NCBI GenBank assembly: GCA_934096555.1
Contig: CAKOMD010000002.1
Span: 67,128 to 131,127, forward strand
Reading direction: 5' to 3'
From: an uncultured Bacilli bacterium
GTDB taxonomy: Bacteria > Bacillota_I > Bacilli_A > RF39 > UBA660
Length of the DNA stretch: 64,000 bases
Part shown: piece by piece, positions 17,609 through 27,439 of the stretch
How positions within the stretch are numbered: the stretch's first letter is position 1
How the letters are laid out: each line of letters begins with the position of its first letter
Translations under genes and position numbers: made by a program
The notes under the pieces: model-generated
The model's input: only the letters and a program-made list of their open reading frames with translations
What the model was told of the DNA's origin: nothing
The model's database searches: none

Positions 17609-19351
17609 ATGAAAAACAAATACAGAACAATCTATTGTGGTGAAGTATCTACCACAAACATTGGTGAAGAAATAAGAGTAGCGGGCTGGCTTGAACAAAA
17701 GAGAAATCTAGGTAGTCTAGTATTCATGACACTAAGAGATGAAACAGGTGTAATACAGTTAATTAGTGAAGATATCGAAAGTTTTAAAGATATCACAAGA
17801 GAAAGCACTATGACCGTAACTGGAACAGTAAGACATAGAGCAGAAGGTATGACTAATCCAAATATGAAAACAGGTGAAGTAGAAGTTCTAGTATCCTCTT
17901 TTGAAGTACTAGGAGAAGCTCTAAATGTCTTACCATTTGAGATTAACAGAAGCACAGATGCCTTTGAAGATACTAGATTAAAATATAGATATCTAGACTT
18001 AAGAAATCCTAAAGTACATGATAGAATACTATTTAGAACAGAAGTATTAGATTACATGAGAAAAATAATGAAAGATATGAAGTTTACTGAAATACAAACT
18101 CCAATTATTACGGCTTCCTCACCAGAAGGAGCAAGAGACTTCATTGTACCATCAAGAAAGTACAAAGGAAAATTCTATGCACTACCTCAAGCACCACAAA
18201 TATTCAAGCAATTACTTATGTGTTCAGGATTTGATAGATACTTTCAAATAGCCCCATGTTTTAGAGACGAAGACCCAAGAAGTGACAGACTATATGGCGA
18301 GTTCTATCAGCTAGACTTAGAAATGTCTTTCGCAACAGATGAGGATGTCTACGAAGTAGGAGAAAAAATCTTTTATGATATATTTACTCACTTTAGTGAT
18401 AAAGAAGTATCTCCAAGACCATTCAGAAGAATACCATATAGAGAAGCCATGTTAAAATATGGTTCAGATAAACCAGACTTAAGAAATCCATTAATAATTG
18501 AAGATATTACTGATATCTTATCTAAGAGTACTTTTGAACCATTCAAAACATCTTACATCAGAGGTATAACAGTAACTAATATAGATAAATCAAATTCATG
18601 GTACAAATCTATTGAAGAATATATGAAGAGCGTTGGCGCCGTAGGTCTATCATACATCAAAGTAAATGAAGATATGACTTTCAAGTCTTCAATTGATAAA
18701 TTCCTAGATGATAGTCTAAGAAAAGAACTAATAGATAAATGTCATCTAGTTCCAGGTAGTGCTTTATTCGTACTAGCGGACTCTAAAAATAAAATTAACA
18801 AACTAGCAGGTCTTCTTAGAATAAAACTAGGAAGTGAACTAGATCTAATTGATAAGAATAAATATGAATTCTGCATAGTAAATGATTTCCCTATGTATGA
18901 ATATAATGAAGAAGATGGTAAGTATGACTTCGGACACAATCCATTTAGTATGCCTCAAGGTGGCCTAGATGCCTTAAAAGAGGATAATCTAGAAAATGTC
19001 CTTGCATATCAATACGACTTTGTATGCAATGGTTACGAGATGGCTTCAGGAGCCGTTAGAAATCATGACATCAAAATAATGAAGAGAGCCTTCGAACTAG
19101 CAGGCTACACTGAAGAAGATGTCGAAACAAAATTTAGAAGTCTATACACAGCCTTCCAATATGGTGCTCCACCTCATGCAGGAATGGCTCCTGGTATTGA
19201 TAGAATTCTAATGCTACTTAAGGATGAAGAAAACATAAGAGAAATGGTAGCCTTCCCACTAGGAGCTAATGGCGCTGATGCTATGATGGGCTGTCCTGGT
19301 GAAGTATTTGAAAAACAACTTAGAGAAACACATATCAAGGTAAGAGACTAG
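17609..19351 (+). CDS. aspS: Aspartyl-tRNA synthetase
   Basis: OB-fold N-terminus, class II motifs (FRDE.., GEFYQLD, GGLDR-like PGIDRILM). 580 aa. Confidence 0.92.
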   Translation: MKNKYRTIYCGEVSTTNIGEEIRVAGWLEQKRNLGSLVFMTLRDETGVIQLISEDIESFKDITRESTMTVTGTVRHRAEGMTNPNMKTGEVEVLVSSFEVLGEALNVLPFEINRSTDAFEDTRLKYRYLDLRNPKVHDRILFRTEVLDYMRKIMKDMKFTEIQTPIITASSPEGARDFIVPSRKYKGKFYALPQAPQIFKQLLMCSGFDRYFQIAPCFRDEDPRSDRLYGEFYQLDLEMSFATDEDVYEVGEKIFYDIFTHFSDKEVSPRPFRRIPYREAMLKYGSDKPDLRNPLIIEDITDILSKSTFEPFKTSYIRGITVTNIDKSNSWYKSIEEYMKSVGAVGLSYIKVNEDMTFKSSIDKFLDDSLRKELIDKCHLVPGSALFVLADSKNKINKLAGLLRIKLGSELDLIDKNKYEFCIVNDFPMYEYNEEDGKYDFGHNPFSMPQGGLDALKEDNLENVLAYQYDFVCNGYEMASGAVRNHDIKIMKRAFELAGYTEEDVETKFRSLYTAFQYGAPPHAGMAPGIDRILMLLKDEENIREMVAFPLGANGADAMMGCPGEVFEKQLRETHIKVRD

Positions 19352-19373
19352 TAAATCAAATAGGGGGAATATT

Positions 19374-20762
19374 ATGAAAAAAGATTATGCAGCAATATTT
19401 CAAAAGATTGAGCAAGACGATGTTACCTATTATGTACCAATTGATGTCGCTGAAGGCATATATTCAGAAAGAAACAATACCTTTACTGCCCACAATGTTG
19501 CTTTAAAACATATAATAGCAGGAGAAGACTATGGCTATTGTAATAGAGAAAACATAACAGCATTAATAAATAAACATAAATATATGTCTATGTTTATAGC
19601 TAAAAAAATAATATTAAATGAATTAAGAAAAGGTACTTATATTAGAATCAAACATGAAAGTGACCCTCCATTTATTAGATATATAAAAAAAGATGAAAAT
19701 AAGGTGTTAATGGAAGACGACATTACAAATTACTATATAAGATATTTTTCTGAAATTATTACATATGAAAATAGTGAAAAAGAAACACCGCAAAATATAG
19801 AAATAGACATAAATAAAATATATAGTGAAATAAAAAAGAAAATTCCAAATCAAGATAATCATATCAAAGAAATATTATCTATTATCTGGAGAGACTTCAA
19901 CAACTATCAAAATATCAAATCAAGAAGTATACTAATTAATGGTGAAAAAAGTTCTCCTAAAAAAGAAATATTTAATATAATTGAAGACAATATAAATATT
20001 CCAGTACTAAATACAAGTGCTATAAATAAATATAAAAATAATGTAACACTAAATACAGTTAATGATATCTTAATTAGTCTCTTAAAGAAATGTAATTATG
20101 ATATAAAGAAAGCCGAGACAAGTATTATTGTAATAGATGATATAGATACCATAACAATATTAGATCAAAACGACGCTAGGTTATTTGGTGAATATCAAAC
20201 AGATCTAATTAGATTAATTAATGGTCTACCATTTACTATAGAAATAGATGGTGATAGTTACACAATAGATACTAGTAAAATGCTTGTAGTTCTAATGGGA
20301 GATTTCATGAAATATGAAGAAGAAATACCTACAATTAAAGGCTTTTCTAATACTTCAAATAATCAAAGTAAACAAATGACAAGAATTGATTATCTTAATG
20401 AAGGACTACTAGAAGATTTAGTAATATCTATTCAGAATATTATTGAATTAGATAAGCCTACTACTAAAGAATATATTGCAAATATAAATAAAGATGAAGA
20501 TAATTCTTTAAATATTTCTAAGAAATTTCTAGAAAGTTTAAATATTAGGTTAACTGTAGAAGAAACTGCTATTAAGAGAATATCTGAAGTTATAGAGAAG
20601 AATGGTTATGCTGAAGGTCAAATTAATGAAATAATTGATAAGGCTTTAGCATTAGCGGCTTTTGAAATTGCTACTAATCCAAATACTTACGAAGAACTTA
20701 TTATTAGTGAAGATACTATTAGTGATAATAGTAAATATAAATTAATTAAGAGAAAGAAATAA
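19374..20762 (+). CDS. ClpX/HslU-like AAA+ fold protein with degenerate Walker A
   Basis: IVIDDIDT (Walker B-like), LVVLMGDF, and a C-terminal lid-like LTVEETAIKRISE...ALALAAFE. The position expected for GxxGxGKT reads LINGEKSSPKKE. Confidence 0.4.
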   Translation: MKKDYAAIFQKIEQDDVTYYVPIDVAEGIYSERNNTFTAHNVALKHIIAGEDYGYCNRENITALINKHKYMSMFIAKKIILNELRKGTYIRIKHESDPPFIRYIKKDENKVLMEDDITNYYIRYFSEIITYENSEKETPQNIEIDINKIYSEIKKKIPNQDNHIKEILSIIWRDFNNYQNIKSRSILINGEKSSPKKEIFNIIEDNINIPVLNTSAINKYKNNVTLNTVNDILISLLKKCNYDIKKAETSIIVIDDIDTITILDQNDARLFGEYQTDLIRLINGLPFTIEIDGDSYTIDTSKMLVVLMGDFMKYEEEIPTIKGFSNTSNNQSKQMTRIDYLNEGLLEDLVISIQNIIELDKPTTKEYIANINKDEDNSLNISKKFLESLNIRLTVEETAIKRISEVIEKNGYAEGQINEIIDKALALAAFEIATNPNTYEELIISEDTISDNSKYKLIKRKK

Positions 20763-20781
20763 TTTCTCTTTTTCTTTATAT

Positions 20782-20834
20782 CCCCTTAAGCCTGTAGTCT
20801 TTCGGGGCATAAGTGAGCCTAAGGTCTCACTTAT
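20782..20834. repeat. Loop-conserved hairpin pair
   Basis: ccccttaag[CCTGTAGT]ctttcgggg (imperfect) and ataagtgag[CCTAAGGT]ctcacttat. Confidence 0.8.
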
Positions 20835-20877
20835 AAAAATATTTTTGTATAATTATTGTCAAATAATGATAAATATA

Positions 20878-20906
20878 TTGAATATAAAATATACCTATGA
20901 TATAAT
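20878..20906 (+). promoter_or_regulatory. Promoter of the ncRNA downstream of aspS
   Basis: TTGAAT (20878-20883), 17-nt spacer, TATAAT (20901-20906). Confidence 0.55.
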
Positions 20907-20911
20907 TAAGA

Positions 20912-21095
20912 TACCTAGAGGATACGACATCTTTAGTATAAAACCGACTAAAGATATTAAACGGGGAGCTAATATAGTTTATGTGTTGAATACCTATCAT
21001 TGATAGGGATCCTAATTAGACTATTGTGCTGACCCACCTGTGACTTACGCCGCGGGTTTTATCTTACAGAGTCGGTCCATCTGGGTCTTTTTTTT
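20912..21095 (+). ncRNA. Structured ~185-nt ncRNA, candidate 6S RNA
   Basis: No ORF and locally GC-rich. The 5' gatacctagagga can pair with the 3' tccatctgggtc. Also accgact/agtcggt and cctatc/gatagg helices; ends in T8. Lies between aspS and the tcdA (yrvM) homolog, where I recall B. subtilis bsrA being located. Confidence 0.4.
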
Positions 21096-21138
21096 ATTTT
21101 GAAATTATGCTATACTAATATGCGTGAGGTGTAATAAT

Positions 21139-21642
21139 ATGAAAGAAATTAAAAATAAAACAATATATACTCCCGATAACGTTAAGAAGTTTCTTGAAGT
21201 ATATTATTTTGAAAAAGTAAAAGTACCAAGATTAATAATAAATATTTTAATACTATTAGTAATTATCTATTTCTTTACTAAAGATAATAAAGTATTCTTA
21301 GACTATACAACATTTATATTTTGTTTATTTGGGGTTATAGAACTAAATACCACTATGTTACCAAAATTAAATTATCATAAATTAGAAAAAGCTAAAGATA
21401 GTGTCTTAAATACCAAGATAGAATATCTATTTAAAAAGAATAACTTCAAACTAAGTTCTAACAAAGATGAATATATAGATTATAATTCATTATACAAAGT
21501 ATTAGAAACAAAAGAAGCATATTATTTATACATAAATAAATCTAGAGCATTAATCGTAGATAAAAAAGATATGTCAGATAGTGATATTACTAATCTTACT
21601 AATACTTTAAAAGAACAAGTATCAAGATATAAGGAAAAATAA
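21139..21642 (+). CDS. YcxB-like membrane protein
   Basis: Two TM helices, then a domain ending ..EAYYLYINKSRALIVDKKDMS. RBS gaggtg before ATG 21139. Confidence 0.45.
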   Translation: MKEIKNKTIYTPDNVKKFLEVYYFEKVKVPRLIINILILLVIIYFFTKDNKVFLDYTTFIFCLFGVIELNTTMLPKLNYHKLEKAKDSVLNTKIEYLFKKNNFKLSSNKDEYIDYNSLYKVLETKEAYYLYINKSRALIVDKKDMSDSDITNLTNTLKEQVSRYKEK

Positions 21643-21643
21643 T

Positions 21644-22318
21644 ATGTTTGAAAGAGAAATAAATCTAATTGGTGAAGATAATTATCTTAAATTAAAAAAT
21701 AGTAATATCCTAGTAATAGGAGTAGGTGGGGTAGGCGGCTATGCTGTTGAAGCATTAATAAGAAGTGGTATCGAAAATATTACCCTAGTAGACTATGATA
21801 ATATTGATATATCAAATATTAATAGGCAAGTAATAGCACTATCTTCAAATATTGGTAATAGTAAGGTAGAAGAATTTAAAAAAAGAATAATGAGTATAAA
21901 TAGTAATGTTAAAGTAAAAATAATCAAAGAAAAAATAAATGAAGATAATATAAATTTATTATTTGAAGAAGATTATGACTATATAATAGATGCCTGTGAT
22001 ACTATGATTGTAAAGAAAATGTTAATAAAAATGTGTCATAAGAAGCATATAAATCTAATAACTGTCTGTGGTATGGGTAAGAAATTAGATCCATCTAAAG
22101 TAAAAGTTAGTGATATCAGAGATACTAATTATGATCCGCTAGCTAAAGCCTTAAGAAAATATGTCAAAGATGAAAAGATTAGAGATAAAGTAATATGTGT
22201 ATCAAGTACCGAAGAACCAAGAAAAACAAATAAAACAATGATTACTTCAATGATAATGGTACCAAGTACTGCTGGTATATATGCAGCATCTTATGTAATA
22301 AATAGTATTATAAAATAA
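21644..22318 (+). CDS. tcdA: tRNA threonylcarbamoyladenosine dehydratase (ThiF/E1-like)
   Basis: VIGVGGVGGYAVEALIRSGI..TLVDYD.I..SNINRQ motif, 224 aa, YrvM-like synteny. Confidence 0.8.
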   Translation: MFEREINLIGEDNYLKLKNSNILVIGVGGVGGYAVEALIRSGIENITLVDYDNIDISNINRQVIALSSNIGNSKVEEFKKRIMSINSNVKVKIIKEKINEDNINLLFEEDYDYIIDACDTMIVKKMLIKMCHKKHINLITVCGMGKKLDPSKVKVSDIRDTNYDPLAKALRKYVKDEKIRDKVICVSSTEEPRKTNKTMITSMIMVPSTAGIYAASYVINSIIK

Positions 22319-22411
22319 GAACTATGTTTAATGCATAGTTTTTTTAAGGTTCTTGAAATTAATCAAATAATATGATATTATTAAAATAGAGAAAGGAGTA
22401 ACGAGAATAAT

Positions 22412-23272
22412 ATGAATAATGAAAATAATAAACCTAATAATTTAGGACAAGGCAAAATTATATTTGTAATAGTGGCCATAGCAGTAATAATATTACTATG
22501 TATAGGAGGCTATTTACTAGGATATAAAAAAGGTAGTAATAACACTGATTTAGATAATAATGATATAAATAATAATGATAAAGATAATCAAAACATACCA
22601 TATCAATTAAAAAACAAAGAAATATTAGAACTATATAATATTGTAAAAAATGGTGAATATTATCCTGAATATTTAAAAACTAGTTTAGAAGACTTAAATG
22701 AAAATACATTATTATCAATTGTTGCTAAAAGTTATGGAGAAGATTATCTAGAAAATATTACTGAAGAAATGTACGATAAATTACAAAATGGTCCATATGG
22801 TAGTGCTGATATATTAAGTACTTTTGCAGGTTCAAAATATTTATCAGTATCAAGTGATGAATTAATAAATAAAACTAACCAAATATTTAATAAAAACATT
22901 ACTAAAGAAACTTTGAAAGACACAACAATATATATTGGTGAAAAAGCACCTTCATGTTTTAGTTTTACATATGACAAAAATACTGATAAGTTTTTAAGAT
23001 TTGATCATTGCGGAGGTAATTACCCTGAATGTCAAGAAATAATTTATAATGGTGAAGAAACATCTAATGAATTTATTTTATATACTCATGTGACAAAGTA
23101 TAAGAATAATGGTGTTGAACTTGTATATGTAGATAATTTTGATAAAGAATATTCTATATACACATTTAAATTAACTACTGATAATATGTCATCATTTCCC
23201 ATTATTAAATATGTATTTACTAAAGATTCAAATAATAAATATTATGTATCATCAATAATGGAGGAAAAATAA
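22412..23272 (+). CDS. N-terminally anchored extracytoplasmic protein
   Basis: 286 aa, one TM, Asn/Asp-rich linker. Paralogous architecture to the next gene. Confidence 0.5.
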   Translation: MNNENNKPNNLGQGKIIFVIVAIAVIILLCIGGYLLGYKKGSNNTDLDNNDINNNDKDNQNIPYQLKNKEILELYNIVKNGEYYPEYLKTSLEDLNENTLLSIVAKSYGEDYLENITEEMYDKLQNGPYGSADILSTFAGSKYLSVSSDELINKTNQIFNKNITKETLKDTTIYIGEKAPSCFSFTYDKNTDKFLRFDHCGGNYPECQEIIYNGEETSNEFILYTHVTKYKNNGVELVYVDNFDKEYSIYTFKLTTDNMSSFPIIKYVFTKDSNNKYYVSSIMEEK

Positions 23273-23273
23273 C

Positions 23274-24004
23274 ATGAATAATGAAAGAAAAAGTACTATA
23301 TTAGTTATCCTAATAATAATATTATCTTTATTAATATTAGGATTAGGAGGATATATAATTTATGATAAACTAAATACTACTACGGAAAATAAAGAAAATC
23401 TTATAATAAATAATGTTAATTTATCATCAAATGATTTAAATATAATTTTAGATATTCTAGGACTTGATGAAGCAAAATCTCTCGGTAATAATTGTATGAA
23501 TGCTTACATTTCTGATAATAATTTTAAAAACAATAGTAAAAAAATATTTGCATGGTATATTATTTCACATAAGTTAGACACAAATAATGGCCAGAGCCAA
23601 ATAATTATTGATACTAATGAAGATGGAACTCCAGATGTACCAGCTTGTGGTGGAGCTGCTGACTGCGGGAGTATAAAAAAAGTGATGCCGATAAAATTAT
23701 AAAATTATATGGACTAATCAATATAGAAAATCAATTAACAGAAATGCCTGAGCCATATACAGATGAATATATTATTAATTATTTTAACTTAACTAATCAG
23801 CATCCAATATCATGTAATATTTCCGCTAAACATGCCATGACCATTAAAGAGAATAATAATATAGTGGTAGTTACTGATAAACAGGATGTTACTGAACATG
23901 ATGAATATGAAAATATTAAATTACAAAAAAAGCAAACTGTTACTTACAATTTAAAAAAAGATATTAATGATAACTACTATTTAGATAGTGTAAATGTTAA
24001 ATAA
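23274..24004 (+). pseudogene. N-terminally anchored protein split by a frameshift at an A7 run (or -1 frameshift site)
   Basis: ORFs 23274-23702 and 23744-24004. The second frame is open back to 23663. A -1 shift at A AAA AAA G (23675-23682) fuses them into one ~245-aa protein with the same layout as 22412-23272. Confidence 0.5.
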
Positions 24005-24034
24005 AGAGAATAAAACTTAGTTATTCTCTTTTTA
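24003..24034. terminator. Bidirectional intrinsic terminator
   Basis: aagagaata / tattctctt stem flanked by A and T runs, between convergent genes. Confidence 0.6.
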
Positions 24035-25237
24035 CATCGTATCAAGTTTATCCATAATATCCTTAAGTACTTTTTCATTTTTATTTTCTTTAGGATGATA
24101 ATATTTCTTACCAAGTAATACATCAGGTAAATACTGCTGTTTAACATAATCATTTTTATAATTATGAGGATATTTATAATCATTAGAAGGATTTCTTAAA
24201 TGTTTAGGAACATCACCAATATTACCGCTTCTAACATCATTTAAAGCTTCATCAATCGCAGCTTCCGCACTATTACTTTTAGGAGATAATGCAAGTTCAA
24301 TAACAATTTCCGCAAGTGGAATTCTAGCCTCAGGTAGTCCCAGCCTTAAAGCACTATTAATTGCTGCATCTACTCTTGGTCCCATACTGGGATTAGCAAG
24401 ACCGATATCTTCATAGACAATAACAGATAATCTTCTTACAATAATATCTAAGTCTTCAGCCTCAAGTAATCTAGCCAAATAATGCAAACTAGCATTAACA
24501 TCACTACCTCTAATAGATTTTTGAAAAGCTGAAATAATATTATAATAATTGTCACCATTCTTATCAATAAATAAATTAGGTTTATTATTAATCTTCTTAA
24601 TCAAATCAATATCTATCTTCTTATCAGAACTACTATAATAGGCTATTTCAAGAATATTATAAGCAAATCTTAAGTCTCCTGAAGAAATACCCGCTAGATA
24701 ATTAATAGTGTCTTCGTCCATACTAATACCCTCTAAAATATTAGATTTAATAGCTCTATTAATACCATCTTTAATATTATCAATACTAAGTTCTTTTAAT
24801 TCAAATAATTGGCATCTACTCCTAATCGCAGGATTAATAGCATGATATGGATTAGCAGTAGTCATGCCAATCAAAGTAATAAGACCAGACTCTAAATATG
24901 GAAGTAATATATCTTGTTTATCTTTATTTAATCTATGTATTTCATCTACTAGTAAAATCATACCATTATATAACTTGGCTTCTTCAATAACAACATCAAA
25001 ATCTTTCTTATTATTAATAACAGCATTAAGTGACCTGTAATTCATTTCCATTTCATTAGCAATTGCTGTTGCTATACTAGTCTTACCAATACCAGGGTGA
25101 CCATATAATATCATTGAAAATAGTTTCTTATTCTTAACCAAATTATAAATAATCTTATCTTTTCCTACTAAATGTTCTTGACCAATAATATCGCTAATAC
25201 ATTTTGGTCTTAATTTTACTGATAATAATTCTTCCAT
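24032..25237 (-). CDS. rarA: Replication-associated recombination protein A (MgsA/RarA)
   Basis: LRPKCISDIIGQEHL, Walker A GHPGIGKTS, Walker B LVDEIHR, C-terminal MgsA domain. Confidence 0.9.
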   Translation of the reverse strand: MEELLSVKLRPKCISDIIGQEHLVGKDKIIYNLVKNKKLFSMILYGHPGIGKTSIATAIANEMEMNYRSLNAVINNKKDFDVVIEEAKLYNGMILLVDEIHRLNKDKQDILLPYLESGLITLIGMTTANPYHAINPAIRSRCQLFELKELSIDNIKDGINRAIKSNILEGISMDEDTINYLAGISSGDLRFAYNILEIAYYSSSDKKIDIDLIKKINNKPNLFIDKNGDNYYNIISAFQKSIRGSDVNASLHYLARLLEAEDLDIIVRRLSVIVYEDIGLANPSMGPRVDAAINSALRLGLPEARIPLAEIVIELALSPKSNSAEAAIDEALNDVRSGNIGDVPKHLRNPSNDYKYPHNYKNDYVKQQYLPDVLLGKKYYHPKENKNEKVLKDIMDKLDTM

Positions 25238-25338
25238 AACATCACCTAAACATATTAATTATACCATTTTAAGATATTATTGACAACAAATATATTCTGT
25301 TATATAATAATTATCCACGAAAGGACGAGGAAAAAATA

Positions 25339-25812
25339 ATGAAAAAATATAAATTACAGCAGCAAATGCCAGAGTTTGAAGAATATTCTGATGGTGCAAC
25401 AATCGATAATATAGATAATATGTTATATTTAATAGAGACAAGTATCGGAAAAATAAAGACTTCATTAAACTTAAACACTATAGGAACATTAGTCTTTTCA
25501 TTAAGCGGATCTTATATGATAAGTGAAGCCTTGAATTCAGTTCAAAAAAACAACACATCATATTTAATTTCCATTGGTGCCGTAGGTTTAGGATTTGCCT
25601 TTCTTGAAACTATCCAGTTAAAGAAAAAAATAAATAGTATAACTGAATTAAGTGAAGCTAAAGGTAAACTATTACAACTAAAAAAATTTGCTGAAAGTTA
25701 TATCTGTGGTTATAATTATGAATGGTATGACTATGATGATGAAATATCACGTATTAAAAAACATGAAGAAAAATATCTACCTAATAAATCAAAAACAAGA
25801 AAGAAAAAATAA
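25339..25812 (+). CDS. Hypothetical membrane protein
   Basis: 157 aa with two central TM segments and a basic tail. Confidence 0.45.
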   Translation: MKKYKLQQQMPEFEEYSDGATIDNIDNMLYLIETSIGKIKTSLNLNTIGTLVFSLSGSYMISEALNSVQKNNTSYLISIGAVGLGFAFLETIQLKKKINSITELSEAKGKLLQLKKFAESYICGYNYEWYDYDDEISRIKKHEEKYLPNKSKTRKKK

Positions 25813-25887
25813 AGAAAATAATTAAAGTAAATAGAATTGCAACTATTTACTTTTTTTGGTATAATTTATTTTGAAAGTAGTGAGTGT

Positions 25888-26439
25888 ATGAAGTATAGTT
25901 TTGATAAAAGAACCAAAGTATTAATAATATTATTATCCATGTTTATAGGAGCAGTATTTGGATATATTTATGAAGTAATCTTCTATAAAATAGATACAGG
26001 TCATTTTATTAATCGTGGTACTACTTTTGGACCATGGATACCAATATATGCCTACGGAGCATTACTAATATATTTAACTACTAGTAAAATAAAAGATAAA
26101 CCTATGTATGTATTCTTAATTAGTACTCTAGTATGTGGTATATTAGAATATACTATTGGTTATCTTTTATATCGTATAAGTGGTACAAGACTATGGGATT
26201 ATAATACAGAGATATTAAACTTTGGTAATATAAATGGTTTTGTCTGCCTAAGATCAGTATTATTCTTTGGTCTATCAGGATTGCTTCTAATGTATCTAGT
26301 AGTACCAACAATAGAAAAACTAGCTCTAAATATATCCAAAAAGAAGTTTAGTATTATCAGTATAGGTTCATTTTCAATATTCTATGCTGATACTATCTAT
26401 AATCATATAATAGCCAAAATAATAAACTACATAAAATAA
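25888..26439 (+). CDS. Polytopic membrane protein (putative ABC-transporter type IV-like family)
   Basis: The GYLLYRISGTRLWDYN motif is reminiscent of PF06541-type proteins. Start taken at internal Met 25888. Confidence 0.45.
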   Translation: MKYSFDKRTKVLIILLSMFIGAVFGYIYEVIFYKIDTGHFINRGTTFGPWIPIYAYGALLIYLTTSKIKDKPMYVFLISTLVCGILEYTIGYLLYRISGTRLWDYNTEILNFGNINGFVCLRSVLFFGLSGLLLMYLVVPTIEKLALNISKKKFSIISIGSFSIFYADTIYNHIIAKIINYIK

Positions 26440-26444
26440 ATATC

Positions 26445-26497
26445 ATAATGAAGACCTTAGGCTTCATTATGCCTCTTAAGACTACAGGCTTAAGAGG
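26445..26497. repeat. Loop-conserved hairpin pair (reverse orientation)
   Basis: ataatgaag[ACCTTAGG]cttcattat and cctcttaag[ACTACAGG]cttaagagg. Confidence 0.85.
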
Positions 26498-26519
26498 TAA
26501 TAAGAAAGTAAGTGATATC

Positions 26520-27434
26520 TTGATAAATATAGATAAATTAAATGCTAAGAATAAAAAACTATTATCAGACTATATAATAGAACTAAAAACAATCAAGCAA
26601 AGAGATAAAGATACAACAGTTAATTCATATAGTGAAGATATATATAAATATTTAGAATATATGGAAAGTAAAAATATATCTAGTGCTTTAGATATAAGCT
26701 ATAATAATTTATTAGACTATTTAAAGTACTTAGACGATAATAAATATGAAGTATCTTCAGTAGCTAGAAAAATAGTATCTATAAAAGCCTTTCATAAGTA
26801 TTTAAGTGAAAATTATAAAGTAATAGATATAAGTACCAAGATAAATACCCCTAAATTCTATAGAAAACTACCTAATATCTTAACTATTGAAGAAGTAGAT
26901 AATCTTTTAGATATAAAGTTAGATACTCCTTTTGATTACCGAAATAAGGCTATGTTAGAACTAATGTATTCCTCAGGACTTAGAGTAAGTGAATTAATTA
27001 ATCTAGAACTTAGTGATATAGATTTAAATAATAACTATGTAAGATGTTTTGGTAAAGGAAGTAAAGAAAGAATTGTACCAGTAGGAGAATACTCTTCTAA
27101 ATATTTAAGTATTTATATTAATGAATACCGAGATAGTATGAAGAAAGGTTATTATACTGAGAAGATATTTTTAAATAATCATGGCAGAGAAATGACTAGA
27201 CAAGGTTTCTTTAAAATTATTAAGAAAATTGCTAAAGATAAAGATATTAATAAGAATATAACACCGCATATGTTAAGACATTCTTTTGCTACACATCTAC
27301 TAAATAATGGAGCAGATCTAAGAACAATCCAAGAGATGTTAGGACATTCTAGTATCTCTACTACACAAATATATACTAATGTAACAAATGACATATTAAA
27401 AGAAAACTACGATTTATATAAAAGAAGGGACTGA
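26520..27434 (+). CDS. xerD: XerD/XerC-type tyrosine recombinase (start uncertain)
   Basis: RNKAMLELMYSSGLRVSE, HMLRHSFATHLLNNGADLRTIQEMLGHSSISTTQIYT. The first ~24 codons of the ATG-started ORF (26448) are made of the hairpin repeats, so TTG 26520 or nearby is proposed as the start. Confidence 0.75.
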   Translation: MINIDKLNAKNKKLLSDYIIELKTIKQRDKDTTVNSYSEDIYKYLEYMESKNISSALDISYNNLLDYLKYLDDNKYEVSSVARKIVSIKAFHKYLSENYKVIDISTKINTPKFYRKLPNILTIEEVDNLLDIKLDTPFDYRNKAMLELMYSSGLRVSELINLELSDIDLNNNYVRCFGKGSKERIVPVGEYSSKYLSIYINEYRDSMKKGYYTEKIFLNNHGREMTRQGFFKIIKKIAKDKDINKNITPHMLRHSFATHLLNNGADLRTIQEMLGHSSISTTQIYTNVTNDILKENYDLYKRRD

Positions 27435-27439
27435 TTACA

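Noticed and set aside
20912-21095. The ncRNA downstream of aspS considered as SRP RNA, tmRNA, RNase P RNA or a c-di-AMP (ydaO) riboswitch.
   Set aside because: It lacks the conserved cores I know: SRP GGAAGGAAGCAGC-type domain IV, the tmRNA acceptor ends, RNase P GAGGAAAGTCC, and the ydaO ACGGGG..CCCGAA..CAGCTAACC pattern. The 6S call is kept only as a low-confidence hypothesis.
23977-24183. The 23977-24183 minus-strand ORF, and the 25277-25465 and 28788-28970 track ORFs.
   Set aside because: The first and third are alternative frames overlapping better-supported genes (rarA; the Cys/His-rich mini-gene and the terminator). The second spans a promoter region. None has an RBS.
26448-26519. ATG 26448 as the start of the xerD-like gene.
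   Set aside because: The first ~17 codons are exactly the two loop-conserved hairpin repeats seen at other intergenic sites. The recombinase would also be ~30 aa longer than typical XerD.
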